From positions 16,560 through 80,559 of the forward strand of contig CALWQM010000012.1 of assembly GCA_944383685.1 (NCBI GenBank): a DNA stretch of 64,000 bases. Direction: 5' to 3'. A program made the position numbers and the translations under genes. The stretch comes from an uncultured Clostridia bacterium (GTDB taxonomy: Bacteria > Bacillota > Clostridia > Christensenellales > UBA1242). The number at the start of each line of letters is the position of its first letter. The first letter of the stretch is position 1. Of the stretch, positions 37,726 through 45,907 are shown in pieces. The notes beneath the pieces are model-generated. The model saw only the letters and a list, made by a program, of their open reading frames with translations. It ran no database searches and had not been told where the DNA came from.

Positions 37726-37992
37726 CTTAGCATAGAGTGTGTCATTTGCTGTAATATAGTTATTTGCTCCTGTGATTTGTCCTGAACTATTTACAATCTG
37801 TGTTCCACTGCCATTTGTTCCTGTGTAATATCCTCCAAAAGTGAAACCTGCTTTTGTTGGAAGAGTTGGCACTTTTGTGATTGATGTTGTTGCAGCGCTG
37901 TTTGAATACCAACCAACTGCATACTTCAAATATATTGCACTTGTTCCATTGGTTGCACCTTGTCTGTCAAGTGTTATTGTGTAAACAAAAGT
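36985..37992 (-). CDS. Fragment 3: Listeria-Bacteroides repeat plus a conserved 245-aa C-terminal domain (DUF6273-like by eye)
   Basis: The frame is open from 37992 (FVYTITLDRQGATNG...). It contains TKAGFTFGGYY...LYAKWTANL, and the C-terminal domain carries the EPIRWRL motif. The domain is about 93% identical to that of the paralog at 61841. Confidence 0.6.
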   Translation of the reverse strand, partial: TFVYTITLDRQGATNGTSAIYLKYAVGWYSNSAATTSITKVPTLPTKAGFTFGGYYTGTNGSGTQIVNSSGQITGANNYITANDTLYAKWTANLEAKYDSAGGYWYVEIGNMPQTKVTDSNLISQLNSSTTNGATYYINGTTMVSKKVNNVEYCKYGNNWYKVEPIRWRLAYSSSQKSGYGTTTDTFAVLDTIVYAGQYASGRLGGGQGYVTTTLDEFKKNITSTTYLATFSANVESYGTQVVITSKTANMFISSADEISSVLNNKTGSAKYSVKFSDLVSDILGNGINQYYTRNLGSNISNIKSYTELGMPTQNLCTNIQGVQFTIKVSEYGCV

Positions 37993-38789
37993 TCACGATT
38001 CCTGCACAAAAGACCACGATAGGACTTTATGTTGTTTGTTTTGGAACTTCCTGAACTTTCTATTCCTGAAACTGATATAACATATTTTTGATAACTATAT
38101 CCCGAATTTACCCTTATGTTATATATCTCAACACTTGAACCATAATTTAAATACTTATTATAATCATGTGCATTTGTCGCTGCCACCGAGCCGTTTACCT
38201 TAACATCAAATTGAATTGAATCAAGGTTCACAACATGTGTATTTTCCAAATACGTGTTAACATCGACTTGGTATGTATTTACTGTCCATTTTGAATATAA
38301 TGTATGATTGCTTGCTGTTGTAACTTTTGTTGATGTTGTAACTTGTTTTGTTAAACCACTATCCAAATACCAACCTGCAAAGGTGTAACCAGTTTTTGTT
38401 GGTGTTGGCAAACTTGCATAAGTGCCATTGTAAGTCACCGTCAAATTTCCAATCGCATTATCTGCCTTCATCCCGCTTACTTTTTGAATTGACAAATTTT
38501 TATATGAAAATACATCCCCAACTTGCCATGTGTTATTATTGTTATAGAATATAAATGCATGATAACCATTCGCATTTTCTGTGGCTGTAAAAGTGTATGT
38601 TATTGTTTGCCAGGATGTAGTCACTGCAACATTGCTTTTAACACCACCCATCTCATGTCCCATAGAACGTATTGTGATTGCTCTTGAACATTTTACATCA
38701 ATTGACCATTTATATTGTTGTCCAATAGTTAAATCAACACCACTAGCATGCGGACCATTAATGCCAACAGATGTAACTTTATATAACAT
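37974..38789 (-). CDS. Fragment 2: CBM-like jelly-roll segment plus Listeria-Bacteroides repeat
   Basis: Frame continues as YKVTSVGINGPHASGVDLTIGQQYKW...TSWQTITYTFTA...IQKV, then ...TKTGYTFAGWY...LYSKWTVNTY. Confidence 0.55.
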   Translation of the reverse strand: MLYKVTSVGINGPHASGVDLTIGQQYKWSIDVKCSRAITIRSMGHEMGGVKSNVAVTTSWQTITYTFTATENANGYHAFIFYNNNNTWQVGDVFSYKNLSIQKVSGMKADNAIGNLTVTYNGTYASLPTPTKTGYTFAGWYLDSGLTKQVTTSTKVTTASNHTLYSKWTVNTYQVDVNTYLENTHVVNLDSIQFDVKVNGSVAATNAHDYNKYLNYGSSVEIYNIRVNSGYSYQKYVISVSGIESSGSSKTNNIKSYRGLLCRNRELLFTQ

Positions 38790-41091
38790 TGTTTTCAACC
38801 TTGGTTGTATATGTTCCCTGAGTTGAAGATTGATTTTTACCATAAGGATATAAAATTTCATTTGCCGTATCAAAATTAACAACATAAGTGTTTGCTGTCC
38901 ATTGTGCATAAAGCGTAACATTTCCATTTCCGGAATATGAAGCACCATTATTGTAATGTGTGCCAGTTCCAGAAGCATTAGTGTTCCAACCATTTGGCGC
39001 GTAACCAGTTCGAGTTAAATTGTTTGTTCCAAGCGTGACATTTTTGCCATACATCTTATATTGAGAAGTTGGTGATAATGTCCCAGATCCATTATTTTTA
39101 TTATATGTGATTGTATATCTTTGCCTTACAGTAATGTCAAGTTCAACATCAACAATAGTTGTCCAATACCCAGCATAACTATTTACTGATGAATCTTCAT
39201 CAACTGAACCGTTCCCAATATAATAATCTCCTGACCCCGTAGTTGTAAATTCTATTCTTTGTGATGTTGGCCTGCAATATGTTGTGAAGCTGTATGATTT
39301 ACCTGCGGAAACTGTCACATCCATATCTATATCATCTTGCACAAACCGGATATTTGTGCTGTTTGTGTAACCATAATCAGTGAAATTCACTGTGAATGTA
39401 AACTCCTTAGCAAACAATGCATAAATTTTTGTTTGGTCAGTATTTGATGTAAAACTGTAAGATGTTGAGGTACTTACTCTAAAAGATGACTCATTTGATG
39501 TTGGTTCAGCAGAATACCAACCCATAAATTTATAACCAGACTTAGCAGTTGCAGTAAGTTTCACAGTTTTGTTATATAAAGCATTGATATCAAGACTTGT
39601 TGAAACTGTGGATGTTGTGCTTTTATTGGCATTATTTGTATATGTAACTGATGTTGTTCCTCCACTGCTTCCATCACTAAACGAAGTGTATGTTGTTGTG
39701 TATTGATTGTGTATGTTTACTATCTGTGTCCGCACGAATAATGCATACCGTTCGTAGGGGGCTCCAGTTGTTGGAGTGAAACTGTAACTTGAACTTGTGC
39801 TTACTGGGGTTGCAGAAGATGTAGGTCTTGCAGTATACCAACCACGGAAAGAATATCCACTTTTCGCTGTTGCAGTAAGTGTTACTGACTTATTATACCC
39901 AACATCATAACTTGAATTATATATTGAAGATGCTGAAGCTGAACTTCCTGAAGTGTTGGTATATGAAATTTTTATTGTTCCACCTGTTGAAGATGGACCT
40001 AAAATTGAATTATAATCACTTGTATAATAAGAATAAATGGTTATCTTTGGTGCATAAACTGCATAAAGAGCTACACCTCCATTATCTAAAAATGTTGTTG
40101 AAAATGATTCTCCTGGTTCATAGTCTGGTGTATAGTCATTCTGGGTTTTTGACCAACCTAAGAAAGTGTATCCATCTGGTGCTGGGAATGGAGGATCTTC
40201 ATCTAATTCACCAGATACTCCAACCAAACACAAATCCATATTATATAAATCTGTATTATATTCCCCTATTGTTACCGCACCATTCATATTTGTCCAACCA
40301 TAATAAAGTATTGTTCTTTCATCTCTAAATTTTAAATAAATAGTGCCTTGTGTGGAATAACTACCTTTACCTGATGGCATTGTGGTGGTAGTAGTTGTAC
40401 CATTTCTATATATTGTTGTATATTTTGTTGTATAACTAGAATTACTCCAAGATGAACTCGTGCTATATCCAACTAGATTATATCCATAGCCAATTGATGA
40501 ACTATTATTACTAGTACTTCTTAATTCCACAAATCTTGGAATTGTTAAAAGTGCTTTATCATAAGTGTAATCAAAATAAGAAGCTTTAACAACAGCCCCA
40601 CTCCTGGAACCTCCTGAATTTGTTGTTCCACCATCCCATGGTTGTGTTACTCCTCTTTGCTCATACCATGTTGCTTGAAAAAGTTGTGAAGGATTGCTTG
40701 TTGAAGTTGTGGCTGTTTTATAAGAAGATGATGAAGTTCTATACTGAGCAATAATTGTTAAATCATGGTGCGTTCCTGCATTTCCAGATGTTTCATTGTC
40801 ATTGCCAGTATCACTGTCACTATTACCTTCGTTATTATCTATATCACCATCACCTAAATCAGTATCATCACTGCTGTCAGTTTCACCATCTCCTGATTGG
40901 TCATTTTCTTCATTTTGGTTACCATTTTCAGTTTCGTCATCACCCGTTCCGTTTTCTGTGTTATCTTCTTGTTCGTCATTTGGGTTTTGTTGAGAATATG
41001 AAGAATCACAACCGGCAAGAAGAAAACTACTGCCCGCAAGTGCAGTTCCAATGAACAAGAATGAAAATATGCAAAGTAAAAATTTCTTCAA
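38779..41091 (-). CDS. Fragment 1: lipoprotein signal peptide, acidic D/E/N/G linker, divergent InlB B-repeats
   Basis: TTG start after GGGAGAA. Lipobox LLAGC. Modules of the type TATAKSGY.F.GWY and a Listeria-Bacteroides repeat ...RTGYAPNGWN...LYAQWTANTY. Confidence 0.7.
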   Translation of the reverse strand: MKKFLLCIFSFLFIGTALAGSSFLLAGCDSSYSQQNPNDEQEDNTENGTGDDETENGNQNEENDQSGDGETDSSDDTDLGDGDIDNNEGNSDSDTGNDNETSGNAGTHHDLTIIAQYRTSSSSYKTATTSTSNPSQLFQATWYEQRGVTQPWDGGTTNSGGSRSGAVVKASYFDYTYDKALLTIPRFVELRSTSNNSSSIGYGYNLVGYSTSSSWSNSSYTTKYTTIYRNGTTTTTTMPSGKGSYSTQGTIYLKFRDERTILYYGWTNMNGAVTIGEYNTDLYNMDLCLVGVSGELDEDPPFPAPDGYTFLGWSKTQNDYTPDYEPGESFSTTFLDNGGVALYAVYAPKITIYSYYTSDYNSILGPSSTGGTIKISYTNTSGSSASASSIYNSSYDVGYNKSVTLTATAKSGYSFRGWYTARPTSSATPVSTSSSYSFTPTTGAPYERYALFVRTQIVNIHNQYTTTYTSFSDGSSGGTTSVTYTNNANKSTTSTVSTSLDINALYNKTVKLTATAKSGYKFMGWYSAEPTSNESSFRVSTSTSYSFTSNTDQTKIYALFAKEFTFTVNFTDYGYTNSTNIRFVQDDIDMDVTVSAGKSYSFTTYCRPTSQRIEFTTTGSGDYYIGNGSVDEDSSVNSYAGYWTTIVDVELDITVRQRYTITYNKNNGSGTLSPTSQYKMYGKNVTLGTNNLTRTGYAPNGWNTNASGTGTHYNNGASYSGNGNVTLYAQWTANTYVVNFDTANEILYPYGKNQSSTQGTYTTKVENNVI

Positions 41092-41223
41092 AGTTTCTCC
41101 CTTTTATTCTAAACAAAAACTTGAGTGTTTCTTAAATTTATTATGTATTCTTTTTAATATTTTGATTAAATTCTTTGCGTAATTTTTAAGTTTTATATGT
41201 AAGCCTTGTTTGTTCCTAAAATC

Positions 41224-41253
41224 ATTTTAGCAAATCCCCCCTCCCCGAGTCAA
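41224..41253 (-). promoter_or_regulatory. Promoter of the large lipoprotein gene, with a G-rich spacer
   Basis: -35 TTGACT (41248-41253), 18-nt spacer CGGGGAGGGGGGATTTGC, -10 TAAAAT (41224-41229). Confidence 0.55.
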
Positions 41254-41392
41254 CTTTTTTGAGGTATTTTCATATATATTTTAATACAAAAATCATTGTT
41301 TTATGATTAATCACAATATATAATTTTTAAACATTTGCTTTTTAAAACAATAATCAAATTACTATAAGTATATATAGCTAAAAATATAGACC

Positions 41393-41528
41393 AACAAAAA
41401 AAAGAAGGCAATCCCCACGGCCTTCTTTATATGTATTTAATGAACAGAAAGAGAATGAATTTTATATCCAAAATTGGATTATTCATTAAATACATTTATA
41501 TTATATCATATATTTTTTCAAAAGTCAA
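41393..41528 (-). ncRNA. Candidate small structured unit B: consensus promoter, 14-bp perfect stem, inner hairpin, terminator (about 103-nt transcript)
   Basis: -35 TTGACT (41523-41528), 17 nt, -10 TATAAT (41500-41505). Stem ATGTATTTAATGAA (41482-41495) pairs with TTCATTAAATACAT (41431-41444). Inner hairpin ATCCAATTTTGGAT. Terminator AAGAAGGC..GCCTTCTT plus T8 (41393-41428). Confidence 0.45.
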
Positions 41529-41581
41529 AGCATTTTTACAATATTTTTCAAAAATATTATTCATTTTTCACCTTATAAAAC

Positions 41582-41714
41582 AAAAAGAAGGTAAAGCACC
41601 TTCTCCCTGTTTGGGACAATATGTACCCAAATTTGGTTGATAAACATTTTTAAAAGAGAATGAACATTGTTTACCAACCAAAGACATTTTATCATATTCT
41701 TTGTGTAAAAACAA
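41582..41714 (-). ncRNA. Candidate small structured unit A: extended -10 promoter, 14-bp stem-loop, 6-bp hairpin, terminator (about 100-nt transcript)
   Basis: TGATAAAAT extended -10 (41686-41694). Stem 41668-41681 pairs with 41634-41647. TTTGGG (41626-41631) pairs with CCCAAA (41610-41615). Terminator AGAAGGT..ACCTTCT plus a T-run (41582-41604). Confidence 0.4.
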
Positions 41715-41945
41715 CTGATTTTACAAAATTTTTCAAATTTTTGTAAAATTTTTTTATTTTATTGTTATTTAATATATCTTTTAATAAAACCAAGTAATCT
41801 ACATGCAATTAAACAGATTTAGACAAGATTTTTTAGCTTTGAAAGCAAAATTTTCTCGCCACGCAAAGATAACATGAATTTTGTCAGCTAAAACAATGAA
41901 AAAACACCACACATTCGTTAATACCGAACATATGACGTTTTTGTT

Positions 41946-42031
41946 TGGTCCAGGTGGTGGGACTTGAACCCACACGAAGTTGCCCTCTCAGGATTTTAAG
42001 TCCTGTGCGTCTGCCATTCCGCCACACCTGG
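41946..42031 (-). tRNA. tRNA-Leu (anticodon UAA), CCA encoded
   Basis: The minus strand reads CCAGGTGTGGCGGAATGGCAGACGCACAGGACTTAAAATCCTG...GTGGGTTCAAGTCCCACCACCTGGACCA. It has a long variable arm and a TTCAAGT T-loop. Confidence 0.9.
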
Positions 42032-42033
42032 AA

Positions 42034-42108
42034 TGGAGGTACCACCCAGATTTGAACTGGGGAATAAAGGTGTTGCAGACCTTTGCCTTACCACTTGGCG
42101 ATGGTACC
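42034..42108 (-). tRNA. tRNA-Cys (anticodon GCA), CCA encoded
   Basis: GGTACCATCGCCAAGTGGTAAGGCAAAGGTCTGCAACACCTTTATTCCCCAGTTCAAATCTGGGTGGTACCTCCA folds as a cloverleaf. Confidence 0.9.
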
Positions 42109-42279
42109 AAATCTTTAATTAAATTTATGCAAATATGATTATTTTGGTTATTATATTAAAAACGGCGAAGTGTTTATTTAATTGTAAACAACTCCGCCAA
42201 AATTTAATTTTTTAAGAGTTTCCTCTTTATCATATTTGATAACCACTCCTTAATTAAGGGACCAAGGTTTTTTGGTTGC

Positions 42280-42354
42280 TTTCGCTTCATGGAGCGGAAG
42301 ACGAGATTCGAACTCGCGACATTTGCCTTGGCAAGGCAACGCTCTACCACTGAG
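42280..42354 (-). tRNA. tRNA-Gly (anticodon GCC), CCA encoded
   Basis: GCGGAAGTGGCTCAGTGGTAGAGCGTTGCCTTGCCAAGGCAAATGTCGCGAGTTCGAATCTCGTCTTCCGCTCCA. Confidence 0.95.
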
Positions 42355-42510
42355 CCACTTCCGCAAATTATAAGAACAGAAATCAATAAAACCTTTAATT
42401 ACTGACAACTGCCTTATTAATATAACAAATTTTTGTTTAAAAATCAAGTATTTTTACAAGATTTTATAAAATTTATAAAATTTTTACTTTAAAGATGATA
42501 TTTTTAATAC

Positions 42511-43170
42511 TTATCTCCAATCAATCGGTTCTTTTCCCATTTTAACAAGAAATCCATTTGCTTTTGAAAAATGCTTGCACCCAAAGAACCCACGATAAGC
42601 AGAAAGAGGGCTTGGGTGTGGAGCCTTCAAAACCAAATGCTGTTTCTCAATAATCGGCTCGAAACTTTGAGCATTGCTCCCCCACAAAATAAACACAATA
42701 GGGTCTTTTCTTGCTGAAAGTTGTTTGATTATTTCATTGGTAAAAATTTCCCAACCTTTTCCCCTGTGTGAATTTGCCATGCCTCGCCTAACAGTTAATG
42801 TGGTGTTTAAAAGCATCACCCCTTGTTTTGCCCAACGTGCTAAATTTCCAGAATTTATTACCTTCACATGTAAGTCGTCTTCAATTTCCTTGAAGATGTT
42901 AACAAGGGAAGGTGGATATTGAACCCCTTCTTCAACAGAAAAAGACAAACCATGTGCCTGATGAGGCTCATGATATGGGTCTTGTCCAATAATAACCACT
43001 TTAACTTTATCATAAGGGCAGTAATTGAGAGCATTGAAAATGTTTTCCATTTTAGGATAAACATCATATTTTGAATATTCTTCCTCCAAAAAAGCTTGTA
43101 ATTTTTTGAAATATTCTTTATCAAATTCTGCTCTGAGCCTGTTAGCCCAATCTTTTGTAATTCTAATCAT
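42511..43170 (-). CDS. ung: Uracil-DNA glycosylase (family 1)
   Basis: VVIIGQDPYH, GLSFSV and HPSPLS motifs. Confidence 0.95.
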   Translation of the reverse strand: MIRITKDWANRLRAEFDKEYFKKLQAFLEEEYSKYDVYPKMENIFNALNYCPYDKVKVVIIGQDPYHEPHQAHGLSFSVEEGVQYPPSLVNIFKEIEDDLHVKVINSGNLARWAKQGVMLLNTTLTVRRGMANSHRGKGWEIFTNEIIKQLSARKDPIVFILWGSNAQSFEPIIEKQHLVLKAPHPSPLSAYRGFFGCKHFSKANGFLVKMGKEPIDWR

Positions 43171-43345
43171 AAATGAATTTTACCACAAATTTCAAAGTTT
43201 TGACAAGGTAAATATAAAAATTTATTAATCTAAATCAAATTTATATTCACTATTCAAAAATATCAATAATAAAAATGAATCATCCCCTCAAATAAATTAA
43301 TAAAAAAGGTAATGTTAAACATCACCTTCCCCTATTTTAAACAAA

Positions 43346-43840
43346 TTAACCTTTATTATCTGTTTCTTCTTCAAATTCAGCAATTTGTTCCGCCATTTTT
43401 TTATGTCTATTACTTCTAACCAATTTTCTTGCAATTCCAGGAAATTTTTCTTTTGCATCATATTTATCTATTGTTGAAGACATTGATTCAACCACAGCTC
43501 TTGACGTCTTTTCAACACTTGCTTGTTTATTCACAATGTCGGTGTTTTTGGATGCCAACACAGCTTTAATGCACTGTTTTTTTCCTTTTTTTCGTTGCAA
43601 GGAAAAAGTGACAATCATTGCAACAAAAATAATAATAAAGACAAGTAATAAAAGTAAATAATACAAATTAAAGCCAGAAATAAGCACAAACAAAGCTAAA
43701 AGTGCACAAAAAAGCAACAAAGAAAACACGGAATTTCTTATATCCGCCTTTGCGTCATCCATAAGCTTTTTACCTTCAATAAAAGCTAAATGGTTGCTTC
43801 CTTCAACATTTTCAATATACTTTAACTTCACTTTTGCCAT
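43346..43840 (-). CDS. Hypothetical membrane protein (two central TM helices)
   Basis: ATG start, 164 aa, hydrophobic core FSLLLFCALLALFVLISGFNLYYLLLLLVFIIIFVAMIV. Confidence 0.55.
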   Translation of the reverse strand: MAKVKLKYIENVEGSNHLAFIEGKKLMDDAKADIRNSVFSLLLFCALLALFVLISGFNLYYLLLLLVFIIIFVAMIVTFSLQRKKGKKQCIKAVLASKNTDIVNKQASVEKTSRAVVESMSSTIDKYDAKEKFPGIARKLVRSNRHKKMAEQIAEFEEETDNKG

Positions 43841-43954
43841 AATTTCCTTTATTTCAATTATATTATATGAAAATTATTTATTTTTCATTTTAACATATTA
43901 TATAAAAAAGATTTTTTAAAGTCAATCAAAAAACAATATTTAAAAATTTTTAAG

Positions 43955-45145
43955 TTATTTTCTTAAAATATCTCCAACTTTTAATGGTAAATTACAATTG
44001 ATGATAACTTTTTCTTGCACTTTCTTTGCACTTTCAATTTCTTCACCAAGTGAATTTACAATTTTTTCTATTTTGATTTTTTTATTGAATGTCTTCTTGT
44101 CGGGGCTTAAAACTTCAAGCTCATCTCCAACTGAAAACTTATTTCTCATTTCAACCTGAACTTCACCCGTTTCACAATCTTTTGTGACAACAGCAACAAA
44201 GTCAGAGTCTTGCACTGGCATGCTATCCTCTTGGTATTGCCTGTTTTCTTCATTAAAATAAAAACCTGTTGTGTATCTTCTGTGACTAGCTTTCAAAAGT
44301 TCTTGGCAAAGTTCCTTTGTTGGACGCTTTGGCAACATGTCAAGGGCCATGCGGTATGCGTTTACAACTGTTGCAACATAATATGCAGACTTCATTCGTC
44401 CTTCTATTTTTATGCTGTCAACTCCTGCTTCCTTTAACTCTTTTAAATATGGCAACATATTTAAGTCCTTTGAATTAAATATGTAACTGCCTTTCTCATC
44501 CTCTTGAACTTCCAACTCATCGTCACGGCTTACTTCCCTGACATAATATTTCCAACGGCATGCTTGCACACACTCACCATGATTTGAATCTCTACCTGTT
44601 AAATAATTGGACAGAAGACATCTTCCAGAGTATGCCATACACATTGCCCCATGCACAAAAACTTCAATTTCCACTTTTGGGCTTAAATTCTTTCTTATGT
44701 TTTTGATTTGCTCCAAAGAAAGCTCTCGTGCAAGAATAAGCCTTTTCACTCCTAAATCAGCAAAAAAGTTTGCGGTGTAAGAGTTGATAATATTTGCCTG
44801 AGTGCTGACATGAATATCCAAAACTGGGGCATGGATTCTAACAAACTGCAAAACCCCAATATCTGCCACAATAACTGCATCAACTTTTGCCTTATTTTGC
44901 AAAAACTCTAAATATTCTTTTAACCCGTCAAAGTCGTTATCTTTTGCAATGATATTCAATGTTATATAAACTTTCTTCCCCTTGCTGTGTGCAATTTGAA
45001 CAGCTTTAACAATTTCTTCATCAGTAAAATTGCCAGCAAAAGCCCGAAGCCCGAACCTGTTCCCTGCAAGATAAACTGCATCTGCACCAAAGTGCAATGC
45101 TGTTAAAAATTTTTCAAAATTTCCTGCCGGTGCTAATAATTCCAT
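43955..45145 (-). CDS. Peptidase U32 family protein
   Basis: MELLAPAGNFEKFLTALHFGADAVYLAG N-terminus and E.FVHGAMC..YSGRC are typical of the U32 family. Confidence 0.85.
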   Translation of the reverse strand: MELLAPAGNFEKFLTALHFGADAVYLAGNRFGLRAFAGNFTDEEIVKAVQIAHSKGKKVYITLNIIAKDNDFDGLKEYLEFLQNKAKVDAVIVADIGVLQFVRIHAPVLDIHVSTQANIINSYTANFFADLGVKRLILARELSLEQIKNIRKNLSPKVEIEVFVHGAMCMAYSGRCLLSNYLTGRDSNHGECVQACRWKYYVREVSRDDELEVQEDEKGSYIFNSKDLNMLPYLKELKEAGVDSIKIEGRMKSAYYVATVVNAYRMALDMLPKRPTKELCQELLKASHRRYTTGFYFNEENRQYQEDSMPVQDSDFVAVVTKDCETGEVQVEMRNKFSVGDELEVLSPDKKTFNKKIKIEKIVNSLGEEIESAKKVQEKVIINCNLPLKVGDILRK

Positions 45146-45155
45146 AAATCACCCC

Positions 45156-45899
45156 TTAAATATTACTTTTTAAAACTTTCATAATTTGATCAAATGATGT
45201 ATCTTCGTTTTCTTGTTTCTTTCTTGTCATAAACCAATTATATAATCCATAACAATTTAGCAAGAAATAAACAACAACATTAATCAAAGTGATAAGCATT
45301 GATAAATCGTGTGTTGTTATTATTAATGTTCCCCACATTGCAAAATTGGCAATATTGCTGAAAATATAAAACACAAAATTCAGCGAACTTCTTCTTGCAA
45401 GAAAATATATTGCCAAAGTGTTAAAAGTGAAAGATAAAGTGCTGACAAAAACCATTGTTGTGTTAAAATAATCAAGCACAAAAAACATGCCAACAGAAAG
45501 AATTACAACAACACAAATTGCAGCAACAACCTCTTTCCAACTTATGCTAGAATTAATTTTTACTTGTCCATTTTTACTATATAAATTTTTAAGCCAAGTG
45601 ATTAGATTAGCAATATATAGTGGCAAAGTTACGCACAAATTGTTAACCATTTCGCCGTAAAAGCCATTTAAATAGGATATGATTGAATAAAATACAATTT
45701 GAACAATACCTACAAAAATACCAACAACATTGACTTTTGTTAAAAATAAAACTCCAACCACACCAAAAGTTGAACTTAAAATGTAAAAAATATGCGAATG
45801 AAAGACTATACTTAAAGTTATCATAACAACAAGTGAAATTCCAACAAATAAGTATTCATACCACTTAATATCTTTAAAAAATTTTTTTACATTTTCCAT
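45156..45899 (-). CDS. pnuC: Polytopic membrane protein, probably a PnuC-type nicotinamide riboside transporter
   Basis: About 7 TM helices of PnuC-like size, with W/Y-rich motifs (NGFYGEM, ITWLKN, FAMWG). The ATG at 45899 follows TAGGAG. Confidence 0.45.
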   Translation of the reverse strand: MENVKKFFKDIKWYEYLFVGISLVVMITLSIVFHSHIFYILSSTFGVVGVLFLTKVNVVGIFVGIVQIVFYSIISYLNGFYGEMVNNLCVTLPLYIANLITWLKNLYSKNGQVKINSSISWKEVVAAICVVVILSVGMFFVLDYFNTTMVFVSTLSFTFNTLAIYFLARRSSLNFVFYIFSNIANFAMWGTLIITTHDLSMLITLINVVVYFLLNCYGLYNWFMTRKKQENEDTSFDQIMKVLKSNI

Positions 45900-45907
45900 G
45901 TTCACTC

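Larger units (their letters stand above)
36985..41091 (-). pseudogene. Large surface lipoprotein gene (about 1360 codons) with InlB-B / Listeria-Bacteroides-type repeats, split by two frameshifts
   Basis: Three consecutive minus-strand ORFs (38779..41091, 37974..38789, 36985..37992) overlap by 11 and 19 nt. Repeat architecture is visible on both sides of each junction. The paralog at 61841-64000 is open throughout, but it diverges before the junction regions, so it offers no direct comparison there. Confidence 0.65.

Noticed and set aside
41430-41495. The 22-codon leaderless ORF in unit B as a type I toxin.
   Set aside because: It is kept only as an alternative. The hydrophobic stretch is too short for a TM helix, and the ORF is not conserved in the diverged copy at 36843-36879, whereas the RNA stem is.
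41431-41640. The plus-strand 69-aa ORF in the intergenic region.
   Set aside because: It has no SD and a low-complexity sequence. It begins inside the palindromic stem of candidate unit B, which is why MYLMN appears on both strands.
42109-42279. A fourth tRNA or ncRNA in the 170-nt gap between tRNA-Gly and tRNA-Cys.
   Set aside because: The gap contains only an imperfect hairpin plus a T-run (about 42163-42206 on the minus strand), which is consistent with a terminator for tRNA-Gly. There is no cloverleaf.
42204-42447. ORFs 42204..42386 and 42250..42447.
   Set aside because: They overlap tRNA-Gly (42280-42354) and its flanks, so they are spurious.
41092-42510. A prophage or integrative element at the tRNA cluster next to the surface-protein locus.
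   Set aside because: No integrase, no att-like duplication of a tRNA 3' end, and no phage genes are visible.
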